This document shows, in pieces, positions 48,637-58,847 of a stretch of 64,000 nt of DNA (within the stretch, counting starts at the first letter, position 1; each line of letters starts with the position of its first letter). The DNA is from an uncultured Gemmatimonadales bacterium (GTDB lineage Bacteria > Gemmatimonadota > Gemmatimonadetes > Gemmatimonadales > GWC2-71-9): positions 416,001 through 480,000 of the forward strand of contig CAWHFW010000005.1 of the NCBI GenBank assembly GCA_963828735.1, written 5' to 3'. The notes beneath the pieces were generated by a model. That model was not told the origin of the DNA. It did no database searches and was given only the letters and a program-made list of their open reading frames with translations. The position numbers were made by a program, and so were the translations under genes.

Positions 48637-48948
48637 GTGACTACACGTGATGGTGCCGAGCACCGCCTGACCAGCCGCCAGTTCGAGCTCATCGCCAAGG
48701 CGCTGGCGGACCCGAGGCGCATGGCGCTGCTGGAAACGATCGCAGGGGAGCGTCCGTGTCCCTGCAGCCGTCTCCGGGACCAGTTCCCGGTCTCCAAGGC
48801 GACGATCTCGCACCACATCAAGGAGCTGGTCCGTGCCGGGCTGGTGGACGCACGCAAGGCGGGTCAATACCTGCACTGCGAGGTACGGCGGGACGTCCTG
48901 CGAGCCTACACGGCCGAGCTGATGCGTAGGATCGGCAAGACGGCATAG
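48637..48948 (+). CDS. ArsR/SmtB family transcriptional regulator
   Basis: KALADPRR, SKATISHHIKEL..AGLV. Confidence 0.9.
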   Translation: MTTRDGAEHRLTSRQFELIAKALADPRRMALLETIAGERPCPCSRLRDQFPVSKATISHHIKELVRAGLVDARKAGQYLHCEVRRDVLRAYTAELMRRIGKTA

Positions 48949-49076
48949 GAGAAGGTGTAGAAGAGGGCCAACGCGAAGCGTGGCGCCGCGTTCCCACGAA
49001 GGTGTTAGATGGTTGTAAAACTATCGTAACGGTTGACCGGCCCCCTCGTGGGGCCGCGGCGCTCATGGAGGATGGC

Positions 49077-50246
49077 ATGCCGTCCCGATCGCTTCCGCTG
49101 GTCGTTCTGGTCGCCTCGTTCCTCGGTGTCCTCGCGGGCTGCTCGGCCAAGCCGCCGGCCCAACCCCCGCCACCGGCCGTCAGCGTGGCGCCGGCCCTCC
49201 AGCGCGACATCGCCGAGTGGGACGAGTTCAGCGGCCGACTCGAGGCGGTCGACCACGTGGACATCCGACCCCGCGTGTCGGGCTACATCAAGCGGGTCAC
49301 GTTCACCGAAGGGCGCGAAGTCCGGAAGGGCGAGGTGCTCTTCGAGATCGACCCGCGGGAATACCAGGCCGACCTGGCGCAAGCGCAGGCCCAGCTCGAG
49401 CAGGCGCGCACCGCGTCCGATCTGGCCGCGCGTGAAGTCGCCCGCGCCGAGAAGCTGGTGAACGTCCAGGCCATCTCGCGCGAGGAGTTCGACAGCCGGG
49501 TCAGTGCCCAGGCCAACGGCGTCGCATCGGTCCAGGCCGCCGAAGCCGCGGTCGCGAACGCCCGGCTCAACCTCGGCTGGACCGTGGTGCGCTCGCCGAT
49601 CACCGGCCGCGTGAGCCGCGCGGAAGTGACCGAGGGAAACCTCGTGCAGTCGGGGCCGCCCGACGCCACCTTGCTCACGACCGTCGTGTCGCTCGACTCC
49701 ATGTACCTCTACTTCGACAGCGACGAGCAGACCTACCTGCGCTACTCCGGGCGCGCCGCCGCCGCGGGCCACCGGGGCTGGAGCGACGCACGCTTCCCCG
49801 TGTACCTCGGGCTGGCCAACGAGACCGGCTTCCCCCACGAGGGGCGGCTCGACTTCGTGGACAACCGGATCGACCCGGCCAGCGGGACCATCCGGACCCG
49901 CGCGATTTTCTCCAACCGTGACCGCCGGTTCACCCCGGGCCTCTTCGCCCGGGTCAAGCTCGTGGGCAGCCAGAGCGCACCGGCTCTCCTCGTGCGCGAC
50001 GCGGCCGTCGGCACCGACCAGGACCGCAAGTTCGTCCTGGTGCTCGGCAAGGGCGACAGCCTCATGTATCGGCCGGTCCAGCTCGGCCGCCTCTCGGACG
50101 ACGGCTTGCGCATCGTGCGCTCGGGCATCGAGCCCAGTGACAAGGTGGTGGTCAACGGGCTCATGCGGGTGCGGCCGGGGATGAAGGTCACCGCGAAGGT
50201 CGTCGCCATGACCGACTCGTCCGATTCGACCGTCGCGGAGCGCTAG
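49077..50246 (+). CDS. RND efflux periplasmic adaptor (MexE/OqxA-like)
   Basis: LAGC lipobox, RPRVSG, LFEIDPR, SPITG, DPASGTI. Confidence 0.93.
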   Translation: MPSRSLPLVVLVASFLGVLAGCSAKPPAQPPPPAVSVAPALQRDIAEWDEFSGRLEAVDHVDIRPRVSGYIKRVTFTEGREVRKGEVLFEIDPREYQADLAQAQAQLEQARTASDLAAREVARAEKLVNVQAISREEFDSRVSAQANGVASVQAAEAAVANARLNLGWTVVRSPITGRVSRAEVTEGNLVQSGPPDATLLTTVVSLDSMYLYFDSDEQTYLRYSGRAAAAGHRGWSDARFPVYLGLANETGFPHEGRLDFVDNRIDPASGTIRTRAIFSNRDRRFTPGLFARVKLVGSQSAPALLVRDAAVGTDQDRKFVLVLGKGDSLMYRPVQLGRLSDDGLRIVRSGIEPSDKVVVNGLMRVRPGMKVTAKVVAMTDSSDSTVAER

Positions 50247-50249
50247 ACC

Positions 50250-53200
50250 ATGGGACTCTCCCGCTTCTTCATCGATCGGCCGATCTTCGCGGCCGTGCTG
50301 TCGATCGTGATTTTCATCTCGGGCCTGATCGCGATGTTCACGCTGCCGATCAGCGAGTACCCGGAGGTCGTGCCGCCCTCGGTCGTGGTCCGGGCGATCT
50401 ATCCGGGCGCCAACCCCCGGACGCTGTCCGAGACCGTCGCGACACCGCTCGAAGAGCAGATCAACGGCGTCGAGAACATGCTGTACATGCAGTCCCAGGG
50501 CACCTCGGACGGCGTGCTCACGCTCACCGTGACCTTCCGGGTCGGCACCGACGTGGACCTGGCGCAGGTGCAGGTGCAGAACCGCGTGAGCCAGGCCCTG
50601 CCCCGCCTGCCGGAGGAGGTGCGCCAGCTCGGCGTCACCACCGTCAAGAGCTCGCCCAACTTCATCATGGTGGTGCACCTCGTCTCGCCCGATAACCGGT
50701 ATGACGTCGTGTACCTGCGGAACTACGGGCTGCTGCAGGTCAAGGACGTGCTGGCCCGGATCCCCGGCGTGGGGCAGGTCCAGGTGTTCGGCGGCGGCGA
50801 CTATGCCATGCGGGTGTGGCTCGATCCCGGCAAGGTGGCGTCCCGCGGCTTGACCGCGAGCGACGTGGTGAGCGCCATCCGTGAACAGAACGTGCAGGTC
50901 GCGGCCGGCGTGGTCGGGGCCCCCCCGATGCCCGTACCGGTCGATTACACGCTCAGCGTGAACGCCCGCGGCCGCCTGCTCGACGAGAAGGAGTTCGGCG
51001 ACATCATCCTCAAGACCGGCGAGAACGGGGAGATCACGCGGCTCCGCGACGTGGCGCGCCTCGAGCTCGCGGCCGGAGACTACGCGCTCCGCTCGTTGCT
51101 GAACAATCGGGAGGCGGTCGGCATCGGCATCTTCCAAGCGCCGGGATCCAACGCGCTCCAGCTCTCCACCACCGTCCGCCAGACGATGGAAGGGCTCAAA
51201 AAGAACTTCCCGGAGGGCGTGGAGTACCGGATCGTCTACGACCCGACGACCAACGTGCGGGACGGGATCCACGAGGTGGTGAAGACGCTGTTCGAGGCGA
51301 TCCTGCTGGTCGTCCTCGTGGTGGTGCTGTTCCTCCAGACCTGGCGCGCCTCCATCATCCCGCTGGTGGCGGTACCGATCTCGATCGTGGGCACGTTCGC
51401 CATCCTGCTGGGCTTCGGCTTCTCGATCAATACGCTGTCGCTGTTCGGGCTGGTGCTTGCCATCGGCATCGTGGTGGACGACGCAATCGTCGTGGTCGAG
51501 AACGTCGAGCGCAACATCGAGGCCGGCCTTTCGCCGCGGGACGCGTCGCACAAGGCCATGGAAGAGGTGAGCGGGCCGATCATCGCCATCTGCCTGGTGC
51601 TCTGCGCCGTGTTCGTGCCGGTGGCGTTCCTCAGCGGCCTGACGGGCGAGTTCTACCGCCAGTTCGCGCTCACGATCGCCTTCTCGACCGTCATCTCGGC
51701 CTTGAACTCGCTCACGCTGAGCCCCGCCCTGAGCTCCATCCTGCTCAGGAGCCGCGAGGCGCCGCCCGACCGGCTCACGCGGCTTCTCGATCGGAGCCTC
51801 GGGTGGATCTTCCGTCCCTTCAACCGGGGCTTTCAACGCGCGTCGACAGCCTACGGCCACGGCGTGGCACGGGTCATCCGGACGGGAGGTATCGCGCTCG
51901 CGGTGTACGCCGGGCTGCTGGCGCTCACGTTCGTGGGCTTCAACAAGGTGCCGCACGGGTTTGTGCCCACCCAGGACAAGCAGTACCTCGTGGCGTTCGC
52001 GCAGCTGCCCGACGCCGCGACGCTCGACCGCACCGAGAAGGTCATGCGCCAGATGGCCGATATCGGCGGCCACGAACCCGGCGTCGCCAACTCGGTGCAG
52101 TTCCCCGGGCTTTCGATCAACGGCTTCGTCAACTCGCCGAATGCCGGCATCGTGTTCTTCCCGCTCACGCCGTTCGACGAGCGCAAGAGCAAGGCGGAAT
52201 ACGGGCTCACGCTCGCGGGGACGCTCAACGGCAAGTTCTCGAGCGTTCAGGATGCGTTCGTGGCCGTGTTCCCGCCCCCGCCCGTCAACGGCCTGGGCCA
52301 GGTTGGCGGGTTCAAGCTCATGGTTGAGGACCGCGCCGGCCTGGGAGAGGCGGCACTCAACGACGCCACTCAGGCGCTGATCGGGCGGGCGTACCAGACC
52401 CCCGAGCTCGCCGGCGTGTTCACCAGCTACCGGATCAACGTTCCCCAGCTCGAGGTCGTGGTCGACCGCGAGAAAGTGAAGCAGGAGGGGATCTCGCTCA
52501 CCGATCTCTTCCAGACGATGCAGGTGTACCTGGGCTCGGTGTACGCCAACGACTTCAACCGCTTCGGCCGGACGTACCAGGTCAAGGTGCAGGCCGACGC
52601 GCAGTACCGCGCCACCGCCGACAACATCACGCAGCTCAAGGTGCGGAACGCGGCGGGCGCCATGGTGCCGCTTGGCTCGGTCGTGCAGGTCCGGGAATCG
52701 CACGGGCCCGACCAGTCCCTCCGGTACAACGGATACCCGGCGGCCGACATCAACGGCGGCCCGGCGCCCGGCTTCAGCTCGGGGCAGGCCGAGGCCGCAA
52801 TCGAGCGGATCGCGGCCGAGGTGCTGCCCAACGGCATCGGCTATGAGTGGACCGACCTCAGCTACCAGCAACGCCTGGCCGGCAACAGCGCGATTTTCGT
52901 GTTCCCGCTGTGCGTGCTGCTCGCGTTCCTGGTCCTCGCGGCGCAATACGAGAGCTGGTCGCTACCGCTCGCGGTTATCCTGATCGTCCCCATGTCGCTG
53001 CTCTGCGCCATCACGGGCGTGTTTCTCACGAAGGGCGACAACAACATCTTCACGCAGATCGGGTTCCTCGTGCTCATCGGCCTGGCCTGCAAGAACGCGA
53101 TTCTGATCGTCGAGTTCGCGCGCGAGCTCCACATGCGGGGCCGGTCCGCCGTCGAAGCGGCGCTCGAGGCCTGCCGCATCCGGCTTCGGCCCATCCTCAT

Positions 53201-53435
53201 GACGTCGTTCGCGTTCATCATGGGCGTGCTCCCGCTGGTGTTCTCGAGCGGGGCCGGCGCCGAGATGCGGCACGCGATGGGCGTGGCGGTGTTCTCGGGC
53301 ATGCTTGGCGTGACCTTCTTCGGCCTCGTGCTCACGCCGGTGTTCTACGTCGTCATCTCGCGCATCGTCGAGCGCCGGCAGCGCTCGAGCACAACGCCTA
53401 CCGAGCGGCCGGCCGCGGAGGCGATCCATGCGTAG
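50250..53435 (+). CDS. RND efflux permease (MexF/OqxB-like)
   Basis: FFIDRPIFA, IGIVVDDAIVVVEN, KNAILIVEF, RLRPILMT; 1061 aa. Confidence 0.96.
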   Translation: MGLSRFFIDRPIFAAVLSIVIFISGLIAMFTLPISEYPEVVPPSVVVRAIYPGANPRTLSETVATPLEEQINGVENMLYMQSQGTSDGVLTLTVTFRVGTDVDLAQVQVQNRVSQALPRLPEEVRQLGVTTVKSSPNFIMVVHLVSPDNRYDVVYLRNYGLLQVKDVLARIPGVGQVQVFGGGDYAMRVWLDPGKVASRGLTASDVVSAIREQNVQVAAGVVGAPPMPVPVDYTLSVNARGRLLDEKEFGDIILKTGENGEITRLRDVARLELAAGDYALRSLLNNREAVGIGIFQAPGSNALQLSTTVRQTMEGLKKNFPEGVEYRIVYDPTTNVRDGIHEVVKTLFEAILLVVLVVVLFLQTWRASIIPLVAVPISIVGTFAILLGFGFSINTLSLFGLVLAIGIVVDDAIVVVENVERNIEAGLSPRDASHKAMEEVSGPIIAICLVLCAVFVPVAFLSGLTGEFYRQFALTIAFSTVISALNSLTLSPALSSILLRSREAPPDRLTRLLDRSLGWIFRPFNRGFQRASTAYGHGVARVIRTGGIALAVYAGLLALTFVGFNKVPHGFVPTQDKQYLVAFAQLPDAATLDRTEKVMRQMADIGGHEPGVANSVQFPGLSINGFVNSPNAGIVFFPLTPFDERKSKAEYGLTLAGTLNGKFSSVQDAFVAVFPPPPVNGLGQVGGFKLMVEDRAGLGEAALNDATQALIGRAYQTPELAGVFTSYRINVPQLEVVVDREKVKQEGISLTDLFQTMQVYLGSVYANDFNRFGRTYQVKVQADAQYRATADNITQLKVRNAAGAMVPLGSVVQVRESHGPDQSLRYNGYPAADINGGPAPGFSSGQAEAAIERIAAEVLPNGIGYEWTDLSYQQRLAGNSAIFVFPLCVLLAFLVLAAQYESWSLPLAVILIVPMSLLCAITGVFLTKGDNNIFTQIGFLVLIGLACKNAILIVEFARELHMRGRSAVEAALEACRIRLRPILMTSFAFIMGVLPLVFSSGAGAEMRHAMGVAVFSGMLGVTFFGLVLTPVFYVVISRIVERRQRSSTTPTERPAAEAIHA

Positions 53436-54921
53436 GAACCTCCTCATTCTCGCGACCCTCGCGCTCCCCGGCTGCTCGAGCGCGCCGGGGTACCGGCCGT
53501 CGCCCGTCGCCGTGCCGGCCGAGTTCCGCGAGAAGGCGCGGGACACCACCACGGCGGAGCTTCCGCCGCCGACAACCCCCGACACCGGCGTCCAGGTGGT
53601 TCCGGTCGCTCCTGAGCGAACGGCAGCCGGGACCGTGGACGTCACCACCTACTGGCACGCGCTCGGGGACACGACGCTCGATCGCCTGATGACCGAGGCG
53701 CTGGGCGCCAATCTGGACATCCACGCGGCCCTGGCGCGTGTGCGCGGGGCACGCGCGGCTCGTACGGAGACCGCGCTCGACCTGGCGCCGACCGTCGTCG
53801 CGGTCGGCGGATATACGCGGCAGCGGCTCTCCTCGGCCACGTTCCCGATCAGCGGCGGGGCGCCGTTCCCGGACCAGAACATCTGGGACGTCGGGTTCGA
53901 CGCGTCGTGGGAGATCGACCTGTTCGGCCGGGTCCGGCACAACGTGCAGGCGCAGGGCGCGCTGGTCGGCGCGGCCGACGAGGACCTGCGCGATGTGCAG
54001 GTGGTCCTCACTGCGGAGCTTGCGCGGACCTACTTCGAGCTGCGCGGCGCGCAGGAACGGCTGGCCGTGGCCCGGCGTAACGGCGACAACCAGCGCCGCA
54101 CGCTCGAGGTCACGCAGCAGCGGCTGGATGCCGGGCGCGGCACGGCGTTCGATACCGAACGGGCCCGCACGCAGCTCGGGTTCACGCTGGCGTCGATCCC
54201 CTCACTCGAGGCTCAGGTCGCCTCGTCGCAGTACGCCATCGGGGTCCTGGTCGGCCGGTCTCCGGCCGCGGTAGCGGTGGAGCTCGCACCCGTCGCGGCC
54301 GTTCCGGCGTTGCCCGCGGACGTGGTGGTCGAGCGCGCCGACTCGCTCGTGCGCCGCCGGCCGGACGTGGCCTCGGCCGAGCGTCAGGCGGCGGCGGAGC
54401 ACGCGTTCGTCGGCGCGGCGAAGGCGGATTACCTGCCGCGCATTACCCTCAGCGCGACCGCGGGCTACACCGCCGACGAGCTCGGCCGCATCAGCGACGA
54501 GGGCACCTCACGCTACGCCGTCGGGCCGATCGTCACCTGGCCGTTTCTCAACCTGGGCCGCGTGCGGGCGCGCGTCGATGAGAGCCGCGCGCGCGCCGAG
54601 GAAGCGGACGCGCGGTATACCCAGACCGTGCTGCGGGCCCTCCAGGAAGTCGAAACGGGACTCTCGCGATACCGGACGTCGCGCGCGCGGGTCGAGCGGA
54701 TCCGCGACGCCGCGGCGGCGAGCGCCCGCGCCTCGGATCTCGCCCGCCTCCGATTCGAGGGCGGCGTGGCGGACTTCCTGGAGGTCCTGGACGCCGAGCG
54801 AACGCAGCTCGACGCGGAGGACCAGCTGGCGCAGGCGCACACGGATGCCGCGACGTCCTATGCGGCGCTGTATCAGGCGCTGGGTGGGCAGGTCCCGGCC
54901 TCGGGGGGTGGATCCGAGTAG
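53428..54921 (+). CDS. Outer-membrane efflux factor (NodT/OprN-type lipoprotein)
   Basis: LPGC lipobox, WEIDLFG, RRPDV, LYQALGG. Confidence 0.93.
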   Translation: MRRNLLILATLALPGCSSAPGYRPSPVAVPAEFREKARDTTTAELPPPTTPDTGVQVVPVAPERTAAGTVDVTTYWHALGDTTLDRLMTEALGANLDIHAALARVRGARAARTETALDLAPTVVAVGGYTRQRLSSATFPISGGAPFPDQNIWDVGFDASWEIDLFGRVRHNVQAQGALVGAADEDLRDVQVVLTAELARTYFELRGAQERLAVARRNGDNQRRTLEVTQQRLDAGRGTAFDTERARTQLGFTLASIPSLEAQVASSQYAIGVLVGRSPAAVAVELAPVAAVPALPADVVVERADSLVRRRPDVASAERQAAAEHAFVGAAKADYLPRITLSATAGYTADELGRISDEGTSRYAVGPIVTWPFLNLGRVRARVDESRARAEEADARYTQTVLRALQEVETGLSRYRTSRARVERIRDAAAASARASDLARLRFEGGVADFLEVLDAERTQLDAEDQLAQAHTDAATSYAALYQALGGQVPASGGGSE

Positions 54922-55224
54922 GATTGCAGTAGTCGATCACACGTCGTCGCGCGGGATGGAGGCAGTAGTGGTCGTCATCTTCATCCCGGGCGACCACCTC
55001 GCGGCATCTGCGCCGTATCCGTGCCGTCCGCGATGCCCGCGCCCTTCGTCTCAGTCTCGCCCTCCCTCCATCGCCTCCCCGCCCGTGCAGCTTCCGCTCC
55101 CGTCAGCCACTGTCCCCTTTCGCTTCTGGCTCTCACGCCTCGATCACATCCGCATCCTCGACCTGAAACCCCTGAGCGCCACCCGCCCGTAGAGCAGAAG
55201 ACCCTCACCGCTTCCGGAGCCCGC

Positions 55225-56664
55225 ATGTGTGGTTCGACCGCTGTCGCCGTGGTCCTCGCGTTCGCCCTCGCACCAGGGGCCGCGGCACAGGCCTCCCGAG
55301 GTGCGCTCGCGACCGGCACCTTCGCCGTGACCAATGTCGCGGTGATCCCGATGACTCGCGACACGATCGTCACCGATGCGACCGTCCTGGTGCGCGACGG
55401 CCGGATTGTCCGGATCGAGCCAAGCGCGGCGGCCAAGCTTCCCAAGGGGGCGCGTCGCATCGACGGGCGCGGCAAGTACCTGATTCCCGGCCTGGCCGAC
55501 ATGCACGTCCATCTCTACTCGGACGAAGACACGCCCGACTCCGTCGCCCCAGCCGAGCTCGGCGTGATGATCGCGAACGGCGTCACCACGGCGCGACTGA
55601 TGATCGGAACGCCGGAGCATCTCGCCCTCCGCCGGGAGATCCAGGCGGGCCGCATGCTTGGTCCGCAGCTGTGGGTCGCGAGCCCGCAGCTCACCGGCCA
55701 GGCCACGTCCAATGCTCGAGTCGTCACGGATTCGGCGTCGGCGCGAGACGTGGTCAAGGCGCTGGCCGACACCGGATACGATTTCATCAAGCTCACCACC
55801 GACATCACGGTGCCCGTGTACGAGGCGGTGGTCGCCGAGGCCGCCCGCAACGGGATCCGGGTCGTGGGCCACGTGGATCCAAGAGTCGGCGTGGCGCGCG
55901 CACTCGCGGCGGGACAGCAGATCGAGCACCTCGACAACTACGTCGAGTCGGTGCTCGCCGACTCGGCTCCCTCGCGCGAGTCGGTCTCCGACCTCGGCGT
56001 GTTCTATCCGAAGCGGTGGCCGACGATCGATTACATCGACGACCGGAAGGTCGAGCAGATCGCCGGCGCCACGGCACGCGCCCGCGTCTGGGTCACGCCG
56101 ACGCTCACGATGTTCAAGGAGGCGTTCGGGCTCGGCCAGTCGGACTCGCTCATCCGGTCCCGGCCGGACTGGCGCATGATGCCCGCCGCCGAGCGCGAGC
56201 TCTATCTGGGCGCGCGGAACAGCTACTGGGCCAAGGCGCCGAGCGAAGCGCGACGCATGCGCTGGATCGGGGTGCGGAACCGGCTGGTCAAGGCGATCGC
56301 CGATTCGGGCGGCGGCATCCTCGCGGGGTCGGATACGCCCGAGTGGTTCCTGGGCTACGGCTTCACCCTCCACCGCGAGCTCGAGAGCCTCGTCGCGGCG
56401 GGCCTCAGCCCCTGGCAGGCCCTCGCAGCCGCGACGCGGAATCCGGCGGAGTTCCTCCACGCGCTCGGCGAGTGGGGAACCGTGGAGCCGGGGAAGCGGG
56501 CGGACCTGGTGCTCATCGCGGGCAACCCCCTCGAGCACATCGGCAATACCGCGCGGATCGAGGGCGTGGCGGTGGGAGGACGATGGCTGGCGAGGCCGGA
56601 GCTCGATCGCATGATCGAGACGGCGATGCGCGAACTCGGACCGCACGAGCGCGAGCAGCCCTGA
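55225..56664 (+). CDS. Exported amidohydrolase family protein
   Basis: Signal peptide; PGLADMHVH, IEHLD, AGSD, ATRNPA, GKRADLV. Confidence 0.88.
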   Translation: MCGSTAVAVVLAFALAPGAAAQASRGALATGTFAVTNVAVIPMTRDTIVTDATVLVRDGRIVRIEPSAAAKLPKGARRIDGRGKYLIPGLADMHVHLYSDEDTPDSVAPAELGVMIANGVTTARLMIGTPEHLALRREIQAGRMLGPQLWVASPQLTGQATSNARVVTDSASARDVVKALADTGYDFIKLTTDITVPVYEAVVAEAARNGIRVVGHVDPRVGVARALAAGQQIEHLDNYVESVLADSAPSRESVSDLGVFYPKRWPTIDYIDDRKVEQIAGATARARVWVTPTLTMFKEAFGLGQSDSLIRSRPDWRMMPAAERELYLGARNSYWAKAPSEARRMRWIGVRNRLVKAIADSGGGILAGSDTPEWFLGYGFTLHRELESLVAAGLSPWQALAAATRNPAEFLHALGEWGTVEPGKRADLVLIAGNPLEHIGNTARIEGVAVGGRWLARPELDRMIETAMRELGPHEREQP

Positions 56665-56672
56665 GCAGTTGC

Positions 56673-58391
56673 TTACGGCGTGCCGTCGCCCGGACGCCGA
56701 TAGACGGTCCGCCCCTCCAGCAGCGTCCGCACGACTTTCGCCTCGTGAATCCGGGAGGCCGGCAGGTCGAACAGGTTCTGGTCCAGCACCACGAGATCGG
56801 CCAGCTTTCCCACCTCCACCGACCCCGTTTCCCGATCGAGATGATGTGCCCAGGCAGCGTTGATCGTGTAGAGCGCCAGCATGGTGGGGAGGTCGACCCG
56901 CTCCACGGGGTTCCACGGCCGCGTGACGGTGTCACCCGGCTCACGATGGGTGATGCCGACCTCGATGGCCTCGAGCGGATCGAGCGACGACACCGACCAA
57001 TCGCTGCCGCCCGAGACGACCGCACCGCTCCGGACCACGCTTGCGATCGGATACTGCCAGCGGGACCGCGTCGGGCCGAGACCGGGCTCCGCCATCTTCG
57101 TGAGATACTCGTCGCCGTTGGCCCAGCGGGCCTCGAAGTTGGCGACGACCCCCAGCTTCCGGAACCGCGGAACGTCGGCGGGGTCGATCACCTGCAGGTG
57201 CGCGATGGCGTCGCGGCGATCGCGGGGGCCGTTGACCGCCGCGGCGTGCTCGAACGCGTCGAGCGTCATCCGGATGGCGCGATCGCCGATGGCGTGCACG
57301 TGGATCTGGAAGCCGTCGCGGTCGAGCGCGGCCGTGAGGGTGTCCAGCGTCGCCTGGTCACGTACGGGCTCGCCGGCGTCGCCGTGCCGGTCCAGGTAGG
57401 GCGCAAGCATCGCGGCAGTCCGGGTCTCGATGACCCCATCCTGGAACAGCTTCACCGCGACCGGTCGAACGTGTGGCGTCGCGTACCGGGCACGCCAGTC
57501 GCGGAGCCGCGCGAGCATCGTGTCGCCCCCGCCCGAGGCGGTCAGCGCGGCGATCACGCGAAGCCCGAGCCGGCCCGCGCGGTCGGCGTCCGCAAAGGTG
57601 CGGAGCTCATCCTCGCCGGTGTTGGCGGCGAAGATCGTGGTGATGCCGAACGAGTGGGCCAGCCGCTGCGCGCGCTCGAGCCCGTCGGAGAGCTCGGCGG
57701 CGGTCGGGGTGGGCACCACGGAATCGAGCAGATCGCCCGCCGACTCGCGCAGTGTGCCGGTCGGCTCGTGGGTGCGCGGATCGCGCTCGATGCGCCCGCT
57801 CGGCGGGTCGGGGGTATCGCGCGTGATGCCGGCGAGGGCGAGGGCGCGGGAGTTGGCCCAGGCGGAATGCCCGTCGCCAGACCAGAGGAGCGCGGGCCGG
57901 TCGGGGACCAGGCTGTCGAGCAGCTCCTTCCGGGGGTTCGCCTGGGGAAAGTAGGGGAGCTGCCAGCCCGAACCGCGAACCCACGGCAGCGTCGGGTGCG
58001 CCGCGGCATACGCGCGGATCGTGCTCAGCACCTCGGCGGCGCTCGCCGCATCATTGAGATCGCACAGGCCCAGGTCCACGCCGCTCTCGACCAAGTGTAC
58101 GTGCGCGTCCTGAAAGGCGGGGAGGAGCATCCGGCCGGCGAGGTCCACCACTTCGGTGTGCGGCCCAAGGACGCCCGGCGGGAGGCTGTCGGTGCCGACG
58201 TAGACGATCCGCCCGCCGCGGACGGCCACGGCGCTCGCCCAGCTTCGGGCCGCGTCGATCGTGTAGACGGCGCCGTGCCGGAACACGAGGTCGGCCGGGG
58301 GCACGCTCGGGGCGCCGCGCTGGACCTCGCAGGCCACGACCGTGGTCAGCCAGGCGGCGACAAGACCCCGGCGGATCACGCCGCCGAGCAC
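56673..58391 (-). CDS. Amidohydrolase_3 (YtcJ-like) exported protein
   Basis: PAFQDAHVH, DGHSAW, KLFQDG, HAIGD, GGSD, YTINAA, GKLADLVVLD. Confidence 0.92.
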   Translation of the reverse strand: MLGGVIRRGLVAAWLTTVVACEVQRGAPSVPPADLVFRHGAVYTIDAARSWASAVAVRGGRIVYVGTDSLPPGVLGPHTEVVDLAGRMLLPAFQDAHVHLVESGVDLGLCDLNDAASAAEVLSTIRAYAAAHPTLPWVRGSGWQLPYFPQANPRKELLDSLVPDRPALLWSGDGHSAWANSRALALAGITRDTPDPPSGRIERDPRTHEPTGTLRESAGDLLDSVVPTPTAAELSDGLERAQRLAHSFGITTIFAANTGEDELRTFADADRAGRLGLRVIAALTASGGGDTMLARLRDWRARYATPHVRPVAVKLFQDGVIETRTAAMLAPYLDRHGDAGEPVRDQATLDTLTAALDRDGFQIHVHAIGDRAIRMTLDAFEHAAAVNGPRDRRDAIAHLQVIDPADVPRFRKLGVVANFEARWANGDEYLTKMAEPGLGPTRSRWQYPIASVVRSGAVVSGGSDWSVSSLDPLEAIEVGITHREPGDTVTRPWNPVERVDLPTMLALYTINAAWAHHLDRETGSVEVGKLADLVVLDQNLFDLPASRIHEAKVVRTLLEGRTVYRRPGDGTP

Positions 58392-58465
58392 GGGGTGACG
58401 CGCGATCGGGTCAACGGCTCGCGTGCCCCATCCTGGAGGGCGAGAGCGGAGTCGGCATCGCGGAG

Positions 58466-58735
58466 CTAGAGACCGAAGAACGCCAGCGTGTCGACCACGT
58501 TGCCCAACGTGGACGAGAGGACCGGATGGGAAGCCTCGAGGCGGCGCAGGGCGTCGGTGGCCCGTTCGCGAAGCGACGCGCTGAACTCGGCGTCCGCACC
58601 GGCCGGACCCGCCAGGGTCTCCAGGTCGCGCACCAGCTCCTCGAGCGAGCGCCGGGTGCCGGCCGGCAGTCCCTCGGCGCTCGCGAGCTGCGCCCGCATT
58701 TCCTCCACGACATTTCGAAGGCGGGGATCGGACAT
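58466..58735 (-). CDS. DUF4404-like small helical protein
   Basis: LEASHPVLSSTLGNVVDTLAFFGL C-terminus. Confidence 0.75.
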   Translation of the reverse strand: MSDPRLRNVVEEMRAQLASAEGLPAGTRRSLEELVRDLETLAGPAGADAEFSASLRERATDALRRLEASHPVLSSTLGNVVDTLAFFGL

Positions 58736-58847
58736 GGTCCCATTATGCGGTGTCCGCCCGGCCCGCGCGAGCCCGGGCTTCCAATCCGGAGCCCTTCCGG
58801 CTAGCCTCATCCCCCGAACGGATGTCACCACGACAGGGGAACGACCG

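Noticed and set aside
49005..52946. 1313-aa antisense ORF over the RND genes (likewise 32049..35066, 22899..25076, 55227..58469, 7651..9567)
   Set aside because: Shadow ORFs typical of high-GC coding DNA; no motifs, and they overlap well-supported genes
54925..55220. Possible small gene or RNA in the pyrimidine-rich gap after the efflux operon
   Set aside because: No ORF with credible start and composition; no convincing structure
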